A stretch of DNA of 63,795 nt, filler included, from Octopus bimaculoides (GCF_001194135.2; 8 parts of 8 records of this genome joined end to end with filler, not necessarily neighbours in it); one strand, 5' to 3'. Positions 1-13,488 are shown, counted from the whole stretch's first letter. Translations and numbers: made by a program. The notes: generated by a model from the letters alone, not told the origin.

Positions 1-20
1 TATATATATATATATATATG

Positions 21-280
21 CGCTGGCCAGATTGCAGCAATCTCGCATATAACCAGCCGAAATTACAAAGATAATCTGAACTTGACTGAGGAAGGAAAAC
101 TCCGAATGACCCGTCCGTGATTTGTTTGTTTCGTCCATCTGGATGTTTTGTTGTCCCTTTCTTGTATCACTTAACTGCCTGGACGTCTTGCACTCTGGTC
201 CCATTTTGTATATGGCCGTCCACTTGTGACTGAGGAAGACTGTTGCTGAAATTTAGGAACATTGTGCGCTCCAGGAATAA
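21..280. repeat. Unclassified dispersed repeat
   Basis: 175-205 (aactgcctggacgtcttgcactctggtcccatt) resembles the reverse complement of 62728-62762. Confidence 0.35.
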
Positions 281-281
281 C

Positions 282-1440
282 TTATATTTTACATTTGAGG
301 CTCTGTTGGTGACTAAGTAGCCCTGCACTTGACAGGCATACACGACTACAAACATTGCAACGCAAGCTTTCCCCATTCATTATGCTAGCAGTGCGCTTTC
401 GAGCAGCACGCTTAAATTCTTCGTACAGAATATGTGCACTTACAAAGTCACAGTCATCAGCATAAAAGATGTCAAGAATAAGAGACGGGAAATTTTTCGA
501 ACTGGTAGGAAATCGAAGATCGATACCTGACATATATTCCTAGAGAGCAAAGGCATGAGTAAAAGCAGCAGAAATGTACAAAGAAAAGAGATGGATCAAG
601 GATGTCACCCTGCTTGACACCGTTCTCTACACGTTCTCTACAAGCCTCAATCCCATCATGAAATACTTTATTTATAGATAAAATGTGATCTGGATATCCA
701 GGATTGCCAAGTAGTTTCCTGTGCAAGGCCCTATAAAGGCCATGGTTAAATCAACGAATACTTGGACAAGATCCATATTCTGCTCCTATTACTTCACCTG
801 CATCTGTTTTGCTGTGAAAATAATATCCATTGTCCCTCTACCAGATCTGAAGCTACACTGAGGTTCAGACAGGACATCATTTACGCGACCCTCATTCAAG
901 CAGGTAAGAAGAATATTTGCAAGAAACTTGCCAGCAGCTGTTAGAAGAGCAATACCTCTGTAGTAACCATACATTGTTCTGGCTCATTTTTATAGACAGG
1001 AAGAATAATTGCATTCTTGCAGTCCTTAGGCATTGCAGGATCTCCCCAGACTACACTAATAAATTCATGAATGGACTGTATAATGTAATCATCCCAAAAA
1101 TCCGCCCGCTCTACCAAGATTTAATTTACTTATTGCTGTCATTATCTCATCTATTGAGGTCGTGGAATTTCAGAAACCAATAATAGGTCTTTGTTGCATA
1201 GTATCAATCACTGTTTCATCTACAACTGACTCGTGGTTCAAGAGTTCCAGGAAGTGTCTAATCCAGTGACCTGTGATTTCTGTTGATTGTTGATTTAGTA
1301 AATGGAAAGCAAAGGAGCTGATGCAGAACTTTTAGGCCCAGAAGCCTGCTTCAAAAGATGGTAAAGCTTTTTGCTATCATTTGCATCAGCAGCAGGTTGA
1401 ACATCACGAGCAATATCCTCCCACCAAGTAGGAGGGTCTT
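282..1440 (-). mobile_element. RTE (BovB-like) LINE, 5'-truncated and frameshifted RT plus C-terminal zinc finger
   Basis: Fragments YRGIALLTAAGKFLANIL...EPQCSFRSGRGTMDIIF, VENGVKQGDILDPSLF, FYADDCDFV and CNVCSRVCLSSAGLLSH lie in order in different frames. Confidence 0.88.
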
Positions 1441-1666
1441 GTATGTGCATATATATATCATACATATATTATCCTACAATTACAGATATTTTATTTGCAC
1501 ACCTTTCAAGTATACGTAAGACGGAAAAAAGTAGTTAAATGGAAGTCGGTAGAACGTTTTCCCCGTGTTTAATGTTCAGGGTATCTAATAATGGTTGACA
1601 TTTTGGAAAAATATATTGATTAATTATTCAATGAATTCATCTAATATATATATATCTATATCTATA

Positions 1667-1706
<40 letters not shown>

Positions 1707-2611
1707 GGGGGGCGTGCGTGTTTTGTGTTTGTGTAGTGTACGTGAGTGCATGTGTTTNNNNNNNNNNNNNNNNNNNNNNNNNNNNNNNNNNNNNNNNNNN
1801 NNNNNNNNNNNNNNNNNNNNNNNNNNNNNNNNNNNNNNNNNNNNNNNNNNNNNNNNNNNNNNNNNNNNNNNNNNNNNNNNNNNNNNNNNNNNNNNNNNNN
1901 NNNNNNNNNNNNNNNNNNNNNNNNNNNNNNNNNNNNNNNNNNNNNNNNNNNNNNNNNNNNNNNNNNNNNNNNNNNNNNNNNNNNNNNNNNNNNNNNNNNN
2001 NNNNNNNNNNNNNNNNNNNNNNNNNNNNNNNNNNNNNNNNNNNNNNNNNNNNNNNNNNNNNNNNNNNNNNNNNNNNNNNNNNNNNNNNNNNNNNNNNNNN
2101 NNNNNNNNNNNNNNNNNNNNNNNNNNNNNNNNNNNNNNNNNNNNNNNNNNNNNNNNNNNNNNNNNNNNNNNNNNNNNNNNNNNNNNNNNNNNNNNNNNNN
2201 NNNNNNNNNNNNNNNNNNNNNNNNNNNNNNNNNNNNNNNNNNNNNNNNNNNNNNNNNNNNNNNNNNNNNNNNNNNNNNNNNNNNNNNNNNNNNNNNNNNN
2301 NNNNNNNNNNNNNNNNNNNNNNNNNNNNNNNNNNNNNNNNNNNNNNNNNNNNNNNNNNNNNNNNNNNNNNNNNNNNNNNNNNNNNNNNNNNNNNNNNNNN
2401 NNNNNNNNNNNNNNNNNNNNNNNNNNNNNNNAATATTTCATCTATTCAATAAGACATATTCCATATATTCAATACTTTATTTCATTGTACCATCCATTTT
2501 TATTTTATATTACATATTGTATATTCCATAATCTATATCCCAAATTGGTTTTGCAGGAATATAAATAAAACATAAAAAACAGACAGTGTTGGAACTCTTT
2601 TAAACAAAATA

Positions 2612-2668
<57 letters not shown>

Positions 2669-3905
2669 GGGGGGCGTGCGTGTTTTGTGTTTGTGTAGTG
2701 TACGTGAGTGCATGTGTTTCGGTCTGTGTACGTGACTGTATGTGTTTGTGTTTGTGTGTGTGTGTGTCTGTGTGATTTAAATTAGAATAAATGAGTTTGC
2801 TGAATTATAACAATTACATAGTAAACAAGAATTCGCACATTATAGTCTAAGTTCCCCCTGGGAGATTTGTATGAATATATTATTCAGACTTCAGCAAAAA
2901 TGATATTACTGCAGGTCTGTGTAATTGGTGATGTATATGAGCGCAATGTGATACTGCCTATACACACACACAAACTGAGCGTTTAAAAGAAATAAGAAGT
3001 ATGACTTGATGTGAAGTTGTGTAGATATGTGTAAAGTCCTAAAAAGCAAAGTCACACAAAAGTAATTAAACTACATTTAATTATATTTATGGCAAAGCAT
3101 AAAACTAGAAATCTATATAAATCGAAATGCTTGGAACGGAATAAAAGTTAGAGTAAAATAGACATTTCTACACGGAAAATAAAGAAAATAAATGCAGTGA
3201 ATATATTACAAACGAATTAGATTTATGTAAATATTTGAGTGACTGTCTATAGCGTTATTGCTTTCGTACAGTATTTAGTTGTTGTATCAAAGTATACTTC
3301 TTAAAATCGTGAATGAATATTTCGATATAGCGAAGCCAGAGTGCTGTAATTGTAAATTATATAAGATACTGACAATCCAAATCTTGCAAATAACAAATTT
3401 ATCAATCACATGTAACTTTAGGAAATTAAAATGAAGACCTTAGCACGTTAAATGCAGTAAATGATGAAATCCATAATTTCCAATAACCACGGATGTACAT
3501 TTTTTTCTCAAACATTGATATTAATTCCTCAGTAAATGCAAAATTTAATATTCTATCTTTTAAGTGAATTTGGCAAAATACTGTGTGGGGTAAATAACGC
3601 ATCTTTTAATCCAAAATAATGTTATTCACGTGATTAAAAGCAGTTACACATCAAACTTGTTATAAGCTACGATAGACTGTATTTCACTTCCTAATCATCA
3701 ACGAAATCGTTTTTGATAATGTAGAGATGTGACAACTCTGCAAGAAAGCAGGAAAGCATATATCTATATGGAGGAAAGCATATATTTAATCACATAGTTT
3801 ATGTGTAATGAGAGGCAAGTTATATGTGTTATTAACGAGATATCCAAAGTTAACAATTAAACATATTTCCGACGTGCCGTCTTGTTGATTCACATATTCA
3901 GTTAA

Positions 3906-3967
<62 letters not shown>

Positions 3968-5804
3968 ACTACCTGCCTATACACATAATTGTTCTATACA
4001 GGTGCATGAATAAATATGTACACACACATATGACAGGAATATGCAAGTGTACCTGTTACGAGAACATAGCATATCGCTTAGTATATTTGTTGAGGGATGA
4101 AGAACACCGTATGAGACATGCATTGTTTCGCGTATAGCATGCTTGAACAAAGCTCTTAATTTTTCCGTTGCTATTATCCATTAACCTGAAATAATTACCC
4201 GCTGAGTGCAGGTGGAGTGCTGTCTCTATCCAGCTGTGTCCGCGTCGATGTTCTGCTAGGCCATGCTGTCAATATTTAGGACTGCCCCCGAGAGGGTTCC
4301 ATTTCCTGTTCACGATTGCATAGGCACAATGAAAATATTTACAAACACATAATCCATGCTCTCCAGTTACGATCACATACAGATAATGGCTCTGTTGGTT
4401 TATGTGTATTTGTATGTTTATTTGTATGCGTGCATGCGTGCATACACACAAATCCCACATGATCCTCGTATGTATATACGTATTAGTTTTTGCATGAGTA
4501 CATTCGTGTGAATATTTGTATCTATATATATTGCTATATAAGCATTTACAAATAGCTAGAAAGTTATATACAAGGTAAACCTGAAAACATTTGTGTACAA
4601 AATGGTTCAGTGTGTAAAACCGAGCATAATGTCTCATTACTGTTTAAATGTAACAGCTATTAACTACTAACAAAAATAGGATAAACGAATAGGTTAACGT
4701 TTGTCAGAAGTCAATTATAAAAACAGCGAAAAGAATTTATTGTGTTCAACAATACAAAGTAAATATCACACCTTCGATCTCAGGATCATCAGTAGAAATA
4801 ATTGGTGAGATGAGTTACACCTATTGTATATATACTCGACAGCATTAACTGCAAAAAATCCTTTAAGGGATAATTGGTTTCGATTCATTATCCTATGCGT
4901 ATGTTTCTCTCATGCTTAAATTTGTTAGTAATTATTTTAGACTATGAAGTAGAACCTATGCCACTGAAGACAGGATAGCTTTAATAAGCTTTCATACATT
5001 TGTTGTATTATCCCTTCAGGAAAACCAAAGATATCTCCATGTGTGTTGGATAAATATGTGGCGATCAAAGTGTAAATTAGTTGTAGATATGATAACATTC
5101 CACCGATTTTCTTCTAACAAATGATTCATATATCATCTAAAATAATTGCTGAAATTCTAGTATAAACGTTACATAAACCATATAATACATTTGATGGTTA
5201 AACATATTAAAAATCAAAGTAATCTAAACAAACATAACCTTAAAAATAGTATAACGAAATGCTGTGTGATGAGTTGAACAATGTCTTTATCTCTGTTAAT
5301 TCAGTAAGTAATTAAATGCCGAATACTAAAACATTTCTCTGAAACCAGTGCTATAATTTAATATATGTTTGAGTCCTATTCAGATAATGTACATTTAAAA
5401 ATATTGAAAAAAGTACATGTTGTCAATTTCAGTGATTAGATTGTGGTTGTGTTTGTTGTTTAAACGCTTATTCCATGCTACAATAAACACTATTATTATT
5501 TTACGCCACTAATATATAAGATCAATAAATATCTATTTATATTTAGTATTTTAGTAATAGAACACAGACAGTAGGAAAAACGTGACCGAATACATACACA
5601 CACACACGTACACATGCACACATCTAAATAGAGAGATATATAGGAAAATAGATAGATAGACTGGCAGAAAATATGTGTATAGGTGCGGTTGTTAATTTAT
5701 CCTAAATAAAAAAGTTATAATGAATTCTGCACACAAAACTGGGACTTAGATACCACTATGACAAAAATAACTATGTCGCACACGCACCACCCACACATAC
5801 ACAG

Positions 5805-5880
<76 letters not shown>

Positions 5881-6361
5881 ACACCACTTATATGAAGCAG
5901 ATACATCGATATATATTCGTTTTGTAAGATTCTTGATGTGAAGCCGTGTATTGAAACAGACATTGTTGTATATGGAGACGGTCATGTTGCCAGTTTAGCC
6001 AATGAAATCACACGCACTATATATTCGGTGTTCATTTACTACAGTTTTATTTTATATTAACTGTATTTCGGCAGAGATATATAGTCACACTTCTGTGACC
6101 TTATCAGTGGTTCTTTGCTTTCTTCTTTCTTTTTTGTGTCTCTTCTTACTAACGATCTCCCCTCTCCCCTCCCCAAAAAACCAAAGAAGATGGCACAAAA
6201 GTGTAACGAAAGAACTCTGGCCGAAATTAACATAAAATAAATCTGAAGAAAGTAAATACCAAATACAAAATGCGTGTTTTTTCATTGGCTAAACTGGATC
6301 ATCCCCAAATACAAATATCTATATATCTATCTATCTATAAATACAAATATCTATATATCTA

Positions 6362-6426
<65 letters not shown>

Positions 6427-6526
6427 NNNNNNNNNNNNNNNNNNNNNNNNNNNNNNNNNNNNNNNNNNNNTTAATTAATTAANNNNNNNNNNNNNNNNNN
6501 NNNNNNNNNNNNNNNNNNNNNNNNNN
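6427..6526. other. Artificial 100-bp join spacer (44N-TTAATTAATTAA-44N)
   Basis: The identical construct recurs at 10886-10985, 16382-16481, 40618-40717, 47571-47670, 57754-57853 and 62309-62408. The 12-mer places stop codons in all six frames. Confidence 0.95.
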
Positions 6527-6592
6527 ATATATATATATATATATATACATACTCATCTGCACATGTAACTATGTACAATGTATTCATATATA

Positions 6593-7501
6593 CAGCGTGT
6601 TCAGGCTAAATTTGATAGAGCTTGCATTAAAGGAAAAAACAATATACTATTCAAAAATAAAAGTATTTAAAATAATGAAAAAATATGAACTCAATTATGG
6701 CTATAAGATAACAGTTTACTCAAAGTAGCCGCCCTCAGCTTCCACCAAGTCCTCAAGACGACTCCGGAACCGGGCGCGTGCTTTTCTCACTATTTCCCTG
6801 CGAAGATCTTCGAACATCTTCTTGATCCTAGTCACTCGATCGGCCTCGGTGTTGCAGGCAGAGTGGTTGGTGTCTTTCTCAACTTCAAGCCATACACACT
6901 AACTCATAGCATTGCAATCGGGAAATTAGGAGGCCATAAATTAGGGCTGGTGAAGTCATAGAAATTCTCCGACAGAACTTCTAACTCTTTCCGGAAGTGT
7001 TCATGGAATACGAATACCACTGCCACAGATACGTTCGGCACCAACCCTCTCCATCTGGGAGTTCACTAGTCTCCAGCAGCTTTACATAGCCGTTTGAGTT
7101 GTGCTTATGGCCCTGTTCAAATACGTGGGGTTAGGGTTAGGGTTAGGCTCAATTCCGGAGTACAGACGCAGTCAGAACGCCTGCTGTGTCCTTTCCTGCC
7201 GCCCACGGCTTAGCAGTCTCCGTTAAAGCTGTCGATGTCACGTCCGACAACCTTTACAGTGTTCACAGAGCACTGAAAAACAGTCATGATGTCGGCATTT
7301 TGATACCCAGCGCAAATCAACATGATACAGGAAACCCTTTTCCAATATTCAGATGACATCCAATCCTCCATGTCAGTCAACTTTTTCTCAGCTGCAACTT
7401 TAATCTTTATGCCCTCCAACGCCGTTGACTGTTCACCAATACATCAAGATGTTCCTGAAGAAAAGAGATAAATAATCGTTAAATTTAGCCCGAACACCCT
7501 G
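6593..7501 (-). mobile_element. Tc1/mariner-superfamily element (maT/DD37D-like), internally deleted
   Basis: TIRs CAGCGTGTTCAGGCTAAATTT (6593) and AAATTTAGCCCGAACACCCTG (7481-7501), with TA on the left. Remnant ORF ...SPNLWPPNFPDCN...RFRSRLEDLVEAEGGYFE*. Confidence 0.85.
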
Positions 7502-7559
7502 TGTATATATGTACACACACACACACACACACAGACAGACATGTACGCACACACATACT

Positions 7560-7596
<37 letters not shown>

Positions 7597-7743
7597 CATA
7601 GACACACACAGATACACACAGACACACACACAGAAACACACGCAGACGCACACACAACACACAGACACACACNNNNNNNNNNNNNNNNNNNNNNNNNNNN
7701 NNNNNNNNNNNNNNNNNNNNNNNNNNNNNNNNNNNNNNNNNNN

Positions 7744-7802
<59 letters not shown>

Positions 7803-8889
7803 GCGCAGATATAGACACTCGCGTGCAGACTCATATCAACTCACACGTATGATATTCATATCCGGGTTTGCTTTAACTGACATTAACAATTTTTTTTTGT
7901 TTTTGTCACTATCCCTCTTAGGTGAAAGTTTATATTAGTAGTAAAGACATGTACTTGCGTCTAATCAAGAAAACGGCAATTTGATCTAAATCTTTGTATC
8001 GCGAACGTTTGAAGGATAATTGCTTTTGCTATATGCAGAAAACTGCGATTAACATATTGTTTTTGTTTATATTGTCATATTTCTAGATTCTATACTTAAG
8101 ATGCTTTCAGTTACTTGCATTATTGATTACTTGAAATAGGGAAGAGAACTATTACTTCAACAATCCTGTCGTTAATAAGATTCGCCATTCTTTATTTTAC
8201 AATAAGTTACTATCCATTATCTTGCTCAAATTCGATATTTATGTCCGGTGATAATGTAACAACGTTTCTGCGCTGATGCCCAAACTATTATTAGAAAATA
8301 CTATGAGATCTTGATTGAAAAAAAGCACTGGTTAGAGTCTTTATTTTTTCATTCTCAAAACCCAGCGGCATACGTCATTTTAATTTTCTCAGTTCAAATG
8401 ACAAAAGACTTGGGATATGATCCTTACCAGGTACACATTTCTCTTTACATTTAATTTCGGAATATTAGATTAAGATTTGATCCATATCAGGATAAACGTT
8501 TAAGAAAACATCATAGATTTCCTTACAATGTTTGACATATCTACAAAGTGTTTCTTGCATTCATAGAGAGTGAGTAGGCACATTATTATATGCTGTATTG
8601 TAATCATGTTTCATATTTTTGCATTATGTTAGAAGATGTTTTACAAGATACTAGCAGAAATAAGAAATAAGAAATAATGTAGCAATAAAAACAACGATAA
8701 AAACCTGCCAAATAACTTCAACAACACCGAAACCAGAAATGATAAAAACCTCAAAAATAACAATGTCATGACAAGTGATAACAATAGAGTACCGCTGCCA
8801 CCAGCAAGTCCCCCAACTCATACATCCATAAGTAACATTATGACCGATACCACCACGACCAGCTCAAAAACAACGATCACAAAAATACA

Positions 8890-9155
8890 GAAGGTGAGAC
8901 TTGCAAATCTAACTTGGCTAGTAGCTCAACTTTTGCTACGTTTGAAACTAAGGCTGTACAATTGCTTTTGCTAGGGTCTAGCAGAGGAAAACAACTTGCC
9001 TTCCCAGCTAAACAAAAACGGCGTGGCGATTTTCAAAAGACTTAGCAGATGGCTAGATCCACCTCACAACTGCAGCTTAGACACTGAATGAGTGTATATA
9101 AAAAGGTCTCGTTGCTCTGTGCCTATTTCGGACAATCCCTGCTGATAGCACTTCC
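8890..9155 (-). mobile_element. L1/Tx1-clade LINE C-terminal (zinc-knuckle) remnant
   Basis: Minus-strand DCPK*AQSNETFLYTLIQCLS...KIATPFLFSWEGK resembles the Tx1-type CxxC...ETxxH...C region. It lies downstream of the RT remnant at 9490-9990. Confidence 0.55.
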
Positions 9156-9159
9156 ATGT

Positions 9160-9480
9160 TTGTTTTTATTTCAAAAAGTCCCAGACAGGGCGAGAAACCA
9201 TTTAATGCAGGGGACTATGAAGAAGAAGTTAAGATGAAACGAATGAATTTACTTTTGAGTTGAAAAAGTTCAGTACCTAAGAAGGAGGAAAACAATGAGA
9301 TAGAAGAGAATTCCAAAGTCTGGCAGTTCGAGGGGGAAAATCTACAACTGTAGAAAGACTTCTTTATCCGTGGAAGCACAACAGCATTTGGATGAAGACA
9401 CTGTGAGCTTTGAGTCGAGCGAGATGGACCCATTCGAGATAAATTCCCTGAAGGGACTCTGAAAGAAACCAACCATTTGA
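9160..9480 (-). mobile_element. CR1/Jockey-like LINE 3' end
   Basis: RIKKSFYSCRF...RTARLWNSLLSHCFPPS...FNSKVNSF, then a short 3'UTR ending in AATAAAAA at about 9163. Confidence 0.65.
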
Positions 9481-9489
9481 TTCTCCTCG

Positions 9490-9990
9490 TTAGAGGCCAG
9501 AACTCAATCGGGCCATAGTAAACTAATCGGTCCGTCGGTTAAGCGCTTTGCGGTGTTGATTAGCAACACGAATCAGTGCTGAACTACAAGACTACCGACC
9601 TCTCCGGGTTAATATTTGTTCCTGTTAGTAACGATGACACTGACAATATTATCAACATCATCCACATAATACGAAACTGTTCTACCACATCCTAGTTTGA
9701 ACAGGATGTTTCTCGCTGTAATGGCTCGAGAATCAATATATAAAGAAAAGACGAGAGAGCGTTCTTGACTCAGCTATGACACAGGAGGGGCAAGTGCCTG
9801 TTTGGGACAAACTCTGCAGGTAAGGGAAGACAGAATCAATCCTGTCCAAGAGTCCGAACACGTTCGCAAGGTGGTGAAACCATCTTGCTCGTATAAGTTC
9901 AGTGACCGTACATTGTTGACCCGTGGGCTTGTGGCGAACAGCTGGTGTCATGATAGACTTGGTTAACAGCTAACGGATCCGGATATCAAC
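9490..9990 (-). mobile_element. L1/Tx1-clade LINE RT remnant
   Basis: LSSFLYILILEPL, VSYYVDDVDNIVS, TNINPERSVVL and TDGPISLLW in order. Same family as 38900-39890. Confidence 0.72.
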
Positions 9991-10540
9991 GGAATATAAC
10001 GAACTACGGCCTCTTTGGAAAGATAGAGCAGCTATCTTCATCTTCCAGCTACGGAATGGAAAAATGTGTTGTGAATGAAGTTTAAGGATTTGAAGACTGA
10101 GTTTTCTTTTTAGTCAAATCCTCATTAACATTTTTCAAGTATCCTTTGAAGAGAAAGGTGAGGTGGAGAGGGATGTACGACTCTTTTGTATTTTTAATGC
10201 GAGGAGAGTGGAAGCAGTGAAATTGAAGAGACAAAATTAGTCTTCTCTGTTTGCATGAATCTAAATAGGTGGTAAGAAACTGAAAGAGTTATCTGGGACT
10301 TTTAAGCTTACTACCTTAAATAGTTTTACCTCTACTTGAGGTATTGATGTTTTATTGTTATCGATTTATTATTGGTTTCGCCTTCTTTTTACTTTTTCTA
10401 TATTTCTATTGATTTGTATTTCGTCTTTGTACTGTCCCAAAACAACGGAAATATTATCTGAAGAGGTGGAATCCACCTTTGACTTTGGTTACATTGAAAA
10501 CCCGAAACAAATTTAGGAAGTCTAAACAAGTCAAATAATG

Positions 10541-10605
<65 letters not shown>

Positions 10606-10606
<1 letters not shown>

Positions 10607-10885
10607 GACAGTAACAAACTTGCCAACGTCAGAAGAAACATTATGAAAAATAAATTACTAACTGAAGTAGAGATTGACCAAATTAAGCAAGCAGTAAAGG
10701 ATAAAAAGAATGAAACTGCAGCTAAAGAAGATAGTACAGAGGAAATAATTATAAACCAGCCCAAGGCTGATGAAAATACAGTAATGATTGAAAGAGTTAA
10801 GGTAACTGATAGGCAAAGTGAAATACTCTCTGAACCAACCATAAACACTAATGCAGGTGAAAATCAAATAGATGAAGGAAGTCAT
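10606..10885 (+). mobile_element. R4/Dong-like non-LTR retrotransposon, N-terminal ORF fragment
   Basis: DSNKLANVRRNIMKNKLLTEVEIDQIKQAV begins immediately after a (TAA)n tract (about 10535-10605) and is cut by a spacer gap. Confidence 0.6.
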
Positions 10886-11143
10886 NNNNNNNNNNNNNNN
10901 NNNNNNNNNNNNNNNNNNNNNNNNNNNNNTTAATTAATTAANNNNNNNNNNNNNNNNNNNNNNNNNNNNNNNNNNNNNNNNNNNNATATATGCATACATA
11001 CATATTATGCATGCATACATACATATATACATGTGTGTGTGTATGTGTGTGTGTGTGTGTGTAAGTATGTATGTATGCATACATGTATGCATCTGCATAA
11101 ATATCTGAGAAAGAGCTGTAATTGGCACACGCACGCTTCTCTA

Positions 11144-11189
<46 letters not shown>

Positions 11190-11808
11190 CTGTGATTGTG
11201 AGCTTCTGCATGAAACAAGTAAAAGTGGTCATTATAATTATTGGTATTGAACTGTCATTTCGCTTCCATAATCATTCAAATATTTGGATTCGTCGATTGA
11301 CCAGTTTCAGTTTACAGTGTGTGAGATTTTTAGACCATCTTAAATATAGAGACAGGATATCAAATATTATGTTTATCATATGTGTGATGACTTTTATTGA
11401 CACTCCGTTGCTTGTCTTCAGATATTTGCTCTCTCCTCAGTTTCAAACACTCATTAGCATTTTTGATTAAATCGTTTGATTAAACGTTTCAGCTTTTTCT
11501 GTGTTGCAGCTAATTTGTGATGATTACATCTATTAAGAGCAAATTCGCTATGGAATGGTGGTTTATTGCTTAAATTGATGCATTACTGCAGATTTAAAGG
11601 GGTAGGAGTTAGTGGGTGTAGGGAGAAGAGATTCTGCATTTGGGATGTAATTGTATGACATTCATAAGCATAATTCGATCTGTTTATTAGTAACATCACT
11701 GAAAACCAATGAGATGCCGATCAAAATCTGCCTCGTATCAAGGACAGCTGTTGCTGATACATATATCACACACACATATTGGTGTATATGTATATATGAA
11801 TGTGTGTG

Positions 11809-11852
<44 letters not shown>

Positions 11853-12439
11853 CACACATGATGATGGGTGCCTGTTAGGATGGTGGTGCTGGGAATGTTG
11901 GGACAGGTGCGACAGCGTGGGCGGGAGTAGGGGAACAAGACAGGCTGAGATGTGGTGGTATGGCAAAAACTGTGGACCAGAAGGTCACGCAGGGTATGGA
12001 CTCGTTACAAGGACGGTAGGGCTAGGTTAAAGAAGATGTGCAAGATGGAGGTGTCAGAATGGAGTCGCCGGAAGGCTCTGAGAATGGTGTGTTAGATGGG
12101 CAGTGTGGAGAAGTGGTAGGTGAGGAAAAATGGGGACGAGCAACAGCGGGGCGGGTGTGACTGAATTAATACGTGGTATCTTATTTTTTTAAACATATTA
12201 ATCACACATTCCTAAGATACATACTTAAATTAAATTACTTTTAACTGTTAAATAATACAGTTACCTGCAAATAAAACATCATGTCCATATTTACCATTTA
12301 TTTTATATTTTAATATCAATATGATATCTACAAAGAATTACCTCATTTTTATATTTAATTTTGTTAGTATATTATTCCTGAAATACCGCCTAAATTCATA
12401 GTCCTGGTGAATTTTACATGGTATTTAATAGCAGGTTTT

Positions 12440-12990
12440 GAAATAAAAAAAGAAAACGGAAAAAATGACATATAAACATCAATTTTATTAGGACATAATA
12501 CAATCTGAACAATATCAAACCAAATTTCACCTACATTTCCATGCCCAATCAAATCAATTTGAAAACTTAAATTAAATTAAATTAAATTTCTATATCGAAT
12601 ATCGTTAATTGAATAGTTCATCAGGGGAAGAATTTAATAGGAAAGAGCTACACTCCGATGTGTTGTTTGAACCTTGATTGACTCAGATATGTGCGTTTCA
12701 GCAACCAATCTATTCTTTAAAAAATCGTTACTTTGTATATGTAAATGCAAACTGATTTAAGGCATTTGTGCGCGTGCGTGTGTATTATATTGAAAAAGCA
12801 AAAACAAAATCTCTATTAGCTTAAAGGATATTTCGATACGATTACTTTAAACTACAAGCAGAAAAATATTATTCCTAAATTACACTATTACCTATGATAG
12901 ATAGAAAGGTCATCAAACACTTAAGAAATTTAATTATAAGTCGCCCAGTTGCAATCTAGAAATCATGGTTTAATAATAAACTATTATTAT
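12440..12990. repeat. Unclassified AT-rich dispersed repeat, copy A
   Basis: Colinear reverse-complement similarity to 15215-15780 (e.g. ataagtcgcccagttgcaatctag versus ttagattgcaactgggtgacttat). Confidence 0.8.
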
Positions 12991-13488
12991 CAAAGATCTT
13001 ATTTTAAAAGCCATAGTTACGCATATGTAATATTTTATAATGTATTTGTGCGTGTGTGTGTTAATGTATAGAAAGCTATTAGACGATGATGAATCAAAAA
13101 TGCTTACCAATTTCCAAAGAAAACAAAAGGCATTGGCAATCCTATAGGCACTAACCTTACTTATTAATTTCCTACTCTACAGTTACCATTTTATTCTTGT
13201 GCTCTGAGTCCTAAATAAATTTACTAAGACTGTTATAAGACGACTTATTTTTATTACCAAATGTATAATTGCGATTAGCGATGCGGTTCTTTTATATAGT
13301 TTTGCGTAGCACCGATGTAAAAGAAATTCATACTGTGATTTATGATTAGATTCAGTATCATTTTTATTTACAGCATTACTTATATTCTTCAGGTTACGAT
13401 GGGATTGAAAGTGACTTGTATCCCCTTGTACATTAGAAGAATCATTTTTCACTACCATTATTTCCTAGAGTATTATTGTTGCATTTGT

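Noticed and set aside
1595-2568. Long ORFs spanning N runs (also 25787-26503, 29618-30587, 41532-42021, 51832-52503)
   Set aside because: They are open only because N codons are never stops; the flanks are microsatellites.
4185-4320. GC-richer block with possible splice sites on both strands
   Set aside because: Short frames with stops, weak acceptors and no recognisable product.
5020-6056. Splicing 5069 to about 5926 would give KYVAIK-ILDVK, a kinase subdomain II-like motif
   Set aside because: It needs a poor donor (GTGTAA), there is no GxGxxG loop upstream and no other kinase motif follows.
9090-9270. TATAAAAA followed by a short ORF containing GEKPF (zinc-finger-linker-like)
   Set aside because: It lies antisense within Tx1 and CR1-like LINE remnants; the ORF is only 35 codons with no C2H2 motif.
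9775-9825. Strong donor GCAG|GTAAGG with an upstream AG
   Set aside because: Antisense to a LINE RT remnant; no supporting exon chain.
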